From the NCBI GenBank assembly GCA_050125095.1, contig JASFEA010000068.1, positions 1 to 17,669 of the forward strand: 17,669 nt of DNA. Reading direction: 5' to 3'. How positions within the stretch are numbered: position 1 is the stretch's first letter; each line of letters begins with the position of its first letter. The DNA is from a bacterium. GTDB taxonomy: Bacteria; Arandabacterota; Arandabacteria; Arandabacterales; JALGWA01. Positions 1-6,365 of the stretch are shown here, in pieces. Position numbers and translations under genes: made by a program. The notes beneath the pieces were generated by a model. The model worked only from the letters and a program-made list of their open reading frames with translations. It had not been told where the DNA came from and ran no database searches.

Positions 1-402
1 GGGGACTCCACGGCGTGGGCGGAGTTCCGGGACCTCCTGGAAACTCTCACCGGGATTACCTGGGTACAGGACTGCGGTACTTCCGGCGTCCAGGGCGACC
101 ATTATAGGGCCTGTGACCCGGCCGGGACTTCTATTGAGTCGAGGATTTCCCCCAATCCTTTCACACAACGCACGGAGATAAGGTTTAGCATAACTGATGC
201 CGACTGGGCTTGGGTGGAGGTGTTCTCTGTTGAAGGCCGCAGGGTACGCTGCCTCGGAGGGGGACACATGGAAGCCGGTATTCATAGCCTTAGCTGGGAC
301 GGTTGCGATCAGGAAGGCCGCCCCATGCCTGCCGGTGTTTACTTCTACCGCGTGACATCGGGGGGCAGTACTTCCTCAGGGCCCGTGCTACTCGTTAGAT
401 GA
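1..402 (+). CDS. 3' end of a secreted protein with FlgD-Ig/T9SS type A-like C-terminal domain (5'-truncated by window edge)
   Basis: Frame 1 is open from base 1 to TGA at 400-402: ...ISPNPFTQRTEIRFSI...VEVFSVEGRRVRCL...AGIHSLSWDGCDQEGRPMPAGVYFYRV...VLLVR. The PNPF / WDG / GVYFYR pattern is typical of this domain. Confidence 0.85.
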   Translation, partial: GDSTAWAEFRDLLETLTGITWVQDCGTSGVQGDHYRACDPAGTSIESRISPNPFTQRTEIRFSITDADWAWVEVFSVEGRRVRCLGGGHMEAGIHSLSWDGCDQEGRPMPAGVYFYRVTSGGSTSSGPVLLVR

Positions 403-494
403 GGCCCTCTTACACCGCCGGCCTCGCCCCGGCCGTGTCCACGGGAATTGACCACTGGCGCCGGACCATTTACAGGATAGCTTATCCTATGCCT

Positions 495-791
495 TCACTT
501 CCCCATCTCCTCTTCGACTTCCTTGGCGCCTTCTGCGTAGTATCGCTGCTCATCCGGTGCCAGCTCGTGAAGCAGCCGGAGGAACTCCCCGGCGTGAACA
601 CGCTCTTCATTCGCAATGTCCTCGAGCACGTCGATTGCCAGCTTGTTGTCCGTTGACTCGGCGAGCTGCATGTAGAGCTGAACCGCTTCGTACTCCGCGG
701 CAATCATGAAACGGATTGCCCGGATGAGTTCTGCCTCCGTCAGCTTCCTGTCGTTAGCCAGGCCTGAGAACGACGATGAGAATTCCGGCAT
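495..791 (-). CDS. Small ferritin-like (rubrerythrin / encapsulated-ferritin-like) diiron protein, 98 aa
   Basis: MPEFSSSFSG...ELIRAIRFMIAAEYEAVQLYMQLAE...DIANEERVHAGEFLRLL has the ExEAxxLY and EExxH ferritin-superfamily motifs. A strong RBS (AAGGAGG) precedes the ATG at 791, so the 1100 start in the ORF track is too long. Confidence 0.88.
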   Translation of the reverse strand: MPEFSSSFSGLANDRKLTEAELIRAIRFMIAAEYEAVQLYMQLAESTDNKLAIDVLEDIANEERVHAGEFLRLLHELAPDEQRYYAEGAKEVEEEMGK

Positions 792-883
792 GGTTATCCT
801 CCTTCCCCTTGAGAATGCGGAGCGAGAATACAAACAGGCCTCTGCATCGCTTTTACCTATTGAGAGCGCCAGAAGCGAGTATG

Positions 884-913
884 ATTCTAGCGTGAGCCGA
901 TTATGTGTGTCAA
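884..913 (-). promoter_or_regulatory. Sigma70-type promoter for the ferritin-like gene
   Basis: Minus strand TTGACA (913-908), 18-nt spacer, TAGAAT (889-884). Confidence 0.6.
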
Positions 914-1144
914 GACGGGCGGTTCTATACACCAGGCGCCTTGCGGTACGACTGGACGGCCTGAAGCCCGACAGATGTCCCTCGGTATTGACAGTTCTGC
1001 GGTTCACGGGTAAGTATGGATTGCAGAGTGACACGCTCAGAGAGAAGCGGCAACCATGAGATCGGTAATTGACAGGACCAGTATGAGCAGCGGGCCGCAT
1101 ACTAATGCATTCGGGGATAAAGATGTGGGAGGAGGAGAATCCCG

Positions 1145-1747
1145 ATGATAGATGTCATCTGGGCGACGCCCCTGTATGAGTTCCTGCGGCAATGCAATAG
1201 AAGCCCGTTGCCCAAAGAGGTGCTGGATTGCGGGGCAGGCGGTTCCCGCCCTCCACTGTCGCTGTTCTATCACTATGGATACAGAACCTGCGGCATCGAG
1301 ATCGCAGAAGAGGCACTCGCGAAGGCACAGCGGTTCTGCGCGGACACCGCCATGGCCCTGAACATCATCGGCGGGGATATGCGCTTCATTCCCTTCCCTG
1401 ATGGCAGTTTCAGCTTCGTATACTCATACAACGCGATTGACTTCATGACGAAGCCGGATATCGAGCTCTCGATTAGAGAGATCGCCAGAGTGCTGAGGCC
1501 GGATGGGTTGTGCTTCGTGAATTTTCTTTCGATAGACGATGCGGAGACCTGGGAACCTTTCTGCGATACGGCGCCGGCGAAGGATATCCTGAAGAGTGAG
1601 CATTTCGCCCATTTCGAGGACGATGAGGCGGATGTGTACTTCGGGGCCTTTGAGATTGTACGCAAGGAGAAGAGGCTGTTTGAGAAGCTGTGGGAAGGGA
1701 GGATGCTGAAGCAGGCGAGGATTGAGTACATCGCGAGGAAGAGATGA
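1145..1747 (+). CDS. Class I SAM-dependent methyltransferase
   Basis: Motif I VLDCGAGG, motif II GIEI, GDMRFIPFPDGSFSFVYS and EIARVLRPDG. GGAGGAGGAG RBS upstream. Confidence 0.92.
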   Translation: MIDVIWATPLYEFLRQCNRSPLPKEVLDCGAGGSRPPLSLFYHYGYRTCGIEIAEEALAKAQRFCADTAMALNIIGGDMRFIPFPDGSFSFVYSYNAIDFMTKPDIELSIREIARVLRPDGLCFVNFLSIDDAETWEPFCDTAPAKDILKSEHFAHFEDDEADVYFGAFEIVRKEKRLFEKLWEGRMLKQARIEYIARKR

Positions 1748-1853
1748 ACTGCTGCGGTGCGCCTGAGCCCCGGCCGGGGCGCAGCGGGGTGGCCGGCAGC
1801 TGAATCGGCGGCCTGATGAGAAGAAGGAGCGCAGTGCAAATTGCGAGGGGTAG

Positions 1854-2186
1854 ATGATGAGTGAACTGAGGGCTGGTGTTTCCGATGAGGAAATGAAGCA
1901 GATATTGGCGAGATTGGACCGGCAGCGCCGAATCCAGATCATCGGTCTCGCGGTCGTTGTTGTAGCGGCTTTCATGGCGCTTGTGTCGAGGTTAATACCC
2001 GCTGGGGCGCTGGGATTGCCTTTCTCCTTCTGGGGCCTCCTCGCGGTCTCACTTCTCGTGGCGAAGCTTGTGCTGCTATTCGCGGGCTGGCGTTGCCCGA
2101 GGTGTGGAGGCTCGCTCGGGTCAACCTACTGGCCACGCTATTGTCCCGGGTGTGGAATAGCCTTCCGGGATACAGAGAAGCGCTGA
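1854..2186 (+). CDS. Small two-TM membrane protein with C-terminal zinc ribbon (CPRCG...CPGCG)
   Basis: Two hydrophobic segments (IIGLAVVVVAAFMALV; FWGLLAVSLLVAKLVLLFAGW) followed by two CxxC knuckles. Start uncertain (1854, 1857 or 1893). Confidence 0.7.
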   Translation: MMSELRAGVSDEEMKQILARLDRQRRIQIIGLAVVVVAAFMALVSRLIPAGALGLPFSFWGLLAVSLLVAKLVLLFAGWRCPRCGGSLGSTYWPRYCPGCGIAFRDTEKR

Positions 2187-2264
2187 GTTGCCCAAATATA
2201 CGGCCTCACCCCCGGCATCCGGAGTGGTTCGGCAGGTAGAGGGGCAGGTGGGCCTGCCCGGCCG

Positions 2265-2906
2265 TTAGATTTGCTTTACAAGCGAGTCCACAGTCAGTAC
2301 ATACGCAAACGCATAGGCCAGGTTCTTGAGCGTGGCCACCTGGAACTCGGGCTCGGATGTGGCCGTTGCATCGGCCAGGAAGAAGACTCGGAAGTCGCGC
2401 ATGAACGCGTCCCGGGCGGTCGTCTCGCAGCAGATATTGGTGAGAATACCCGTGATGATGAGGTCTGTCACACCCATTCCCAGTAGCGCGGTCTCCAGGC
2501 CGGTGTTATGGAAGCCGCTGTATCGATGCTTCCAGATGACCTCCTCGTCCTTGCGCGGCACCAGCGGCGCGTAGATCTCGGCGCCCTTCCTGCCCTTGAC
2601 CAGGCACCGGCCCTCCTTTATCTCGGGCCACCACTCGGCCGTCATGCCGCCGTCCACAGCGGGGTCCTCGTGTGCATGGCCGGTATAGACGACCGGGATA
2701 CCGGCCTTCCGGCAGGCCTGTATGACGCGTTTGACGTTGGGGACTATGTCGAGGGCGTTGTGGAAGAAGTCGCCGCCGCTCTCGGACAGGAACTCGTTCT
2801 GCATGTCGATCACGAGGAGGCAGGCCTTCTTCTTCCTCAGTGTCATCTTGTGGAGGTTGTAGGGCCCGATTTCACGCATCCACTCAGGTGTCTTATCAGT
2901 CCACAT
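2265..2906 (-). CDS. Isochorismatase-family cysteine hydrolase
   Basis: Catalytic D-K-C motifs: LLVIDMQNEF, WKHRYSGF, GILTNICCETTARDA. GAGGA RBS upstream. Confidence 0.93.
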   Translation of the reverse strand: MWTDKTPEWMREIGPYNLHKMTLRKKKACLLVIDMQNEFLSESGGDFFHNALDIVPNVKRVIQACRKAGIPVVYTGHAHEDPAVDGGMTAEWWPEIKEGRCLVKGRKGAEIYAPLVPRKDEEVIWKHRYSGFHNTGLETALLGMGVTDLIITGILTNICCETTARDAFMRDFRVFFLADATATSEPEFQVATLKNLAYAFAYVLTVDSLVKQI

Positions 2907-2932
2907 TCCCGGCTATCCTCTTTCAGGCAATA

Positions 2933-2960
2933 AAGATAACCCAAAGTCGCGGGATTTCAA
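2933..2960 (-). promoter_or_regulatory. Possible sigma70 promoter for the isochorismatase gene
   Basis: Minus strand TTGAAA (2960-2955), 16-nt spacer, TATCTT (2938-2933). Confidence 0.4.
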
Positions 2961-3072
2961 CATAGTTCTGATTACGCGGTATATGGGTCGGATAGAATAC
3001 ACCGCGGGACCTTGGATGTATGAAGCGTGCACTTCCCGGTCAGATGACCTTAATGAATTGATATTGCTTAGA

Positions 3073-3600
3073 TTATCTTCTCCGGGTCATCGGGCGGCCA
3101 CAGCAGATCAGTCTGCTGATACCCAGGCCTTCATTCGTTATGGCGACCTCGACGCCGCACAGAGCGCATGAATAGGTGGGCTTGGGTCTCATTATGGGCT
3201 TGGGCCTGGAAACCCTGCGCTTGGCCATAATGGTGGCCTTCTTGGTAGTCCCCTTCTTGCGGGCGGGCCTTTTCTTTGCCGTCTTTCGTTTGGCTGTCTT
3301 CTTCTTTTTGACGGTCTTCTTTCTGGCTGTCTTCCTCTTGACGGTCTTCTTCGCCTTCTTCCGGGTGGTCTTCTTCTTCGCCGGCTTCCGCCTGGCGGTC
3401 TTCTTCTTCGCCTTCCTGGCGGCTTTGCGCCTGGTGGTTTTCTTCTTGGCTACTTTCCGCCGCGCGGTCTTCCTCTTGGCGGTCTTTTTCCTCCCGGCGG
3501 TCTTGCGCGCAGGCTTCCGCTTGGTGGTCTTCTTGCGCGCGGTCTTCCTCTTGGTAGCCTTCCTACGGGTAGTCTTCTTCTTGCTCCTTCGGACTGCCAT
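3073..3600 (-). CDS. Histone H1/Hc2-like Lys/Arg-rich protein with C-terminal desulforedoxin-like Cys4 metal-binding domain (175 aa)
   Basis: About 120 aa of K/R/T/A repeats with no acidic residue (KKTTRRKA, RKKTAKRK...), then YSCALCGVEVAITNEGLGISRLICCGRPM. ATG at 3600 has a GGGGGTGA RBS and a consensus promoter just upstream; the 3669 start overlaps that promoter. Confidence 0.8.
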   Translation of the reverse strand: MAVRRSKKKTTRRKATKRKTARKKTTKRKPARKTAGRKKTAKRKTARRKVAKKKTTRRKAARKAKKKTARRKPAKKKTTRKKAKKTVKRKTARKKTVKKKKTAKRKTAKKRPARKKGTTKKATIMAKRRVSRPKPIMRPKPTYSCALCGVEVAITNEGLGISRLICCGRPMTRRR

Positions 3601-3641
3601 GAACTCACCCCCTTCTGCTTGAACCCGCTTAAGCCGAAACA

Positions 3642-3669
3642 AGTATATTAGGCCTTTGATTTGTGTCAA
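3642..3669 (-). promoter_or_regulatory. Near-consensus sigma70 promoter for the histone-like gene
   Basis: Minus strand TTGACA (3669-3664), 16-nt spacer, TATACT (3647-3642), in an AT-rich divergent intergenic region. Confidence 0.7.
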
Positions 3670-3695
3670 GATTTTCTTTAAAATGCTGATAGAAT
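3656..3695 (+). promoter_or_regulatory. Divergent overlapping promoter(s) for the 3717 gene and cysE
   Basis: TTGATT (3656-3661), 17-nt spacer, TAAAAT (3679-3684); also an extended -10 TGaTAGAAT (3687-3695). TAAGGAGG RBS before ATG 3717. Confidence 0.5.
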
Positions 3696-3716
3696 GAACA
3701 TATTAAGGAGGTTTGT

Positions 3717-5114
3717 ATGGATATGTCCTATTGCCGCGGGTGGGCGGCAGCTATCTTATTGATTTTAATGGTCTTAACTCTATTCGGGACATTTTCAGCC
3801 GGGGCCGAAGAGATGTATGAGAGGACCGGTACCGCAAAAGTGCTGGATGGGGTCGAGCCTTTCGAGCTCGACTATGACTCGGGGAACATGGGATTACATG
3901 CCCTGGCGTCATGTCTCAAGGCCACCGGGACCGTAAGCGGCTACTACACGCTGGTGGGGTTTTCCAGGTCGGCCTTCAAGTTCGTCTATGACAGCACCGA
4001 GGCATATGAACCCCTGAGGGACCTCTACCCTGTGGACGTGCTGAGCCAGGCCGCCAGGAACTCGGGCCATCCCGATTGCCACTGGGAGATGAATAAGTCC
4101 ATCGATGTGGTTAAGTCATTGATAAAGGGTGAGATAGACAACGGCCGACCCGTGATAGCCCCGTTTCTCAAAGACGACGCCTACCGCGGCTTCTTCATAA
4201 TTGTGGGATATGACTATGACAGGCACCTCTTCTACCTGCAGGGCGCGCTGGGGCCGGATTCGGCTTATGTAAGCGTGCCCATCCCCGAGTACTGGGACGG
4301 CCCCACGGCAAGCCCGGAGGGTTGGGCCAGGAATCCAGTCTTCTTGCTGGGCGAGGCGGTTGAGGAATTGGACAGACGTGGGGCGCGCGAGCGGAAATCG
4401 GTGAGAATGGGCATGCGGCTCTTCAGGGGAGGCGCGCTGGAGTACGGGACTCATCCGGGCGAGGGCCGATATATGGCTGTGCCGGGTCCTCACGAGGCCG
4501 CCTACGGCCTTCCGGCCTACGATGTGCTGTCGTGGGACGTGGAGAACGCCCCGATCCTGTCTGAAAGCGAAGGCGGCCAGGCGGTCAACTTCGGGTTCCT
4601 GTGGCGGGTGGACTCCCAGGTGGGCCAGCTCTGGCATGACAGGTTCCACGGGGCCAAGTATGTGCGGGGCATTTCGCGTTTCCTCCGGTTCGAGCAGAGG
4701 ATGCTTCTCGGCGAGATAACGGAGAACTATGAGAAAACGGCCGTCGACGCGCGGACGCTGAGGAGGATGTTCTGGAATCCCGTCCCCGACACCCTGGCGA
4801 ACGCGGACGATGTAATAACCTATATTGAGGATGAGGGGGCCATTGTCTACTGGGTCGGCCAGGTCGAAGGCTTCGCGCCCGACCTGGCTTCCCGCGGGCT
4901 CGAGACCCATGATACGCCGTGGGGGCCGGTAGTTGTGCTGGATTCGCCGTCGAAGCGGCTCAGGGCCAAGCTCCTGGTGAAGAGCATAGCTTCGCGGGAA
5001 AGAAACTCCTTGTATGTGATGAGGGATATTGCCGAGCATATAGGGAGACTGGCCCCCGATGCGTTAAGACAGAAAGACGAGACCGGGGAGAGTCAGGAAG
5101 GCGGGGGCGAGTAG
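3717..5114 (+). CDS. Secreted hypothetical protein with an N-terminal papain-fold (C39/BtrH_N-like) domain
   Basis: Signal peptide (AAILLILMVLTLFGTFSAGA-EE), strong RBS, and IKGEIDNGRPVIA...FFIIVGYD...LFYLQ resembling C39-like/BtrH domains. The CDS is secure; the family call is tentative. Confidence 0.6.
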   Translation: MDMSYCRGWAAAILLILMVLTLFGTFSAGAEEMYERTGTAKVLDGVEPFELDYDSGNMGLHALASCLKATGTVSGYYTLVGFSRSAFKFVYDSTEAYEPLRDLYPVDVLSQAARNSGHPDCHWEMNKSIDVVKSLIKGEIDNGRPVIAPFLKDDAYRGFFIIVGYDYDRHLFYLQGALGPDSAYVSVPIPEYWDGPTASPEGWARNPVFLLGEAVEELDRRGARERKSVRMGMRLFRGGALEYGTHPGEGRYMAVPGPHEAAYGLPAYDVLSWDVENAPILSESEGGQAVNFGFLWRVDSQVGQLWHDRFHGAKYVRGISRFLRFEQRMLLGEITENYEKTAVDARTLRRMFWNPVPDTLANADDVITYIEDEGAIVYWVGQVEGFAPDLASRGLETHDTPWGPVVVLDSPSKRLRAKLLVKSIASRERNSLYVMRDIAEHIGRLAPDALRQKDETGESQEGGGE

Positions 5115-5141
5115 CAGGGAACACCAGGGGAGGTGCTTGAG

Positions 5142-6293
5142 TTGGACAAGAGGCAGCTCGGAAAGGTATCAAGGAAGCTCGCCGGCATATGCCGCAAGAG
5201 CAAGTTCTTCAGGTGCGCGAGCCGTTATTCGGTGCCGTCCGACGAGTCGGTAAAGGAGATACTCGCGCTGTTCCAGGAAGTGCTCTTCATAGGGTACTTC
5301 GGTAAGCAGGACATTCCCGACTGGGACCTCGAGCCCCACCTGCACGTGCATATGTCGGAGCTATTCGATGCGCTCTCAAGCCAGATAGCCAAGAGCCTGG
5401 TGCATGAGTGCCAGCGCCCGAGGGAGGGCTGCGACCTCTGCCAGGCACACGGCGAGGAGAACGCCGCCGCGGTTATAGGCAAGATCCCCGAGATACGGCG
5501 GCTGTTGGAAGGCGACGTACAGGCGGCCTTCGATGGCGACCCGGCCGCCAAGAGCTTCGATGAGATCATATTCTCGTATCCGGGCCTCAGGGCCATAATG
5601 GTGCACCGGGTAGCGCATGAGCTCTATCTCCTGGAAGTGCCCCTGCTGCCTAGGATAATGTCGGAATACGCACATGCCATTACGGGGATAGACATACATC
5701 CGGGCGCCACCATCGGCAGGAACTTCTTCATCGACCACGGCACGGGCGTGGTGATAGGCGAGACCACGCTCATCGGCGATAACGTGAAGATCTATCAGGG
5801 AGTGACCCTGGGAGCGCTGAGCTTCCCCAAGGACGAGCGCGGCAACCTCTTAAGGGACATCAAGCGGCACCCGACTCTGGAGGACAATGTCACCGTTTAC
5901 TCGGGTACAACCATTCTCGGCGGTGACACGGTCATAGGGCGCGGCTCGACGGTGGGCGGCAATGTCTGGCTCACCACGAGCGTCCCGCCGGGGACCAAGG
6001 TGGTCATAAAGACGCCGGAACTCAGGATGAAAGGCGAACTCATCGGCCACGCAAGACCCGGCGAGAGCATGGTGGGCGTGCGGGCCGGCAAGTCGGGGCG
6101 AAAAGCTACGGCCGGAAAGCCGCGGCCTGAGAAGACGTCACGCAGAGCTGCAGGTAAGAAGGCTGCGGGTAAGAAGGCGACCGGGAAGAAGGCTGCGGGT
6201 AAGAAGGCGATCGGGAAGAAGACATCGCGAAGTACGGCAGGCGGGAAGGGATCCGGGAAGCCTGCGCGTAAGAGAACCGCGAAACGCAGATAG
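5142..6293 (+). CDS. cysE: Serine O-acetyltransferase (CysE/EpsC type) with Lys-rich C-terminal extension
   Basis: GDPAAKSFDEIIFSYPG, HRVAHELY, TGIDIHPGATIG, FFIDHGTGVVIGET, YQGVTLGA, KRHPTLED. TTG at 5142 lies 6 nt after GGAGGTG and is preferred over GTG 5133. Confidence 0.93.
   Translation: MDKRQLGKVSRKLAGICRKSKFFRCASRYSVPSDESVKEILALFQEVLFIGYFGKQDIPDWDLEPHLHVHMSELFDALSSQIAKSLVHECQRPREGCDLCQAHGEENAAAVIGKIPEIRRLLEGDVQAAFDGDPAAKSFDEIIFSYPGLRAIMVHRVAHELYLLEVPLLPRIMSEYAHAITGIDIHPGATIGRNFFIDHGTGVVIGETTLIGDNVKIYQGVTLGALSFPKDERGNLLRDIKRHPTLEDNVTVYSGTTILGGDTVIGRGSTVGGNVWLTTSVPPGTKVVIKTPELRMKGELIGHARPGESMVGVRAGKSGRKATAGKPRPEKTSRRAAGKKAAGKKATGKKAAGKKAIGKKTSRSTAGGKGSGKPARKRTAKRR
6147..6221 (+). repeat. 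Coding tandem repeat, 5 x 15 bp (A-x-G-K-K)
   Basis: gctgcaggtaagaag / gctgcgggtaagaag / gcgaccgggaagaag / gctgcgggtaagaag / gcgatcgggaagaag. Units 2-3 and 4-5 form a 30-bp repeat with a single mismatch. Confidence 0.9.
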
Positions 6294-6317
6294 CCGGCGT
6301 GGAGTACGCTGATATGA

Positions 6318-6343
6318 GAAGGCCCCCGCGTGCGGGGGCCTTC
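6318..6343. terminator. Probable bidirectional intrinsic terminator between convergent cysE and aconitase
   Basis: Perfect inverted repeat GAAGGCCCCCGC-gt-GCGGGGGCCTTC; pyrimidine-rich tails follow on both strands but there is no clean poly-U. Confidence 0.72.
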
Positions 6344-6365
6344 ACCTTCTCTTAAGGGCCGGTTC

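Noticed and set aside
940-1080. SAM-I riboswitch upstream of the methyltransferase (contains CGGCAACC)
   Set aside because: The P1 (ATC...GAT) and kink-turn/pseudoknot elements could not be assembled; an Rfam search would be decisive.
792-1100. N-terminal extension of the ferritin-like ORF (start 1100) and plus-strand ORF 706-1059
   Set aside because: The RBS and promoter point to ATG 791, and the extension runs through promoter DNA with no protein-like features.
2242-2259. GGGCAGG-tggg-CCTGCCC hairpin between convergent genes
   Set aside because: Only a 7-bp stem with no U-tract on either strand; too weak to call a terminator.
3176-3622. Very hydrophobic Phe/Leu/Val-rich ORF resembling a membrane protein
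   Set aside because: It is the reverse complement of the Lys/Arg codons of the histone-like gene, which has the promoter, RBS and Cys domain.
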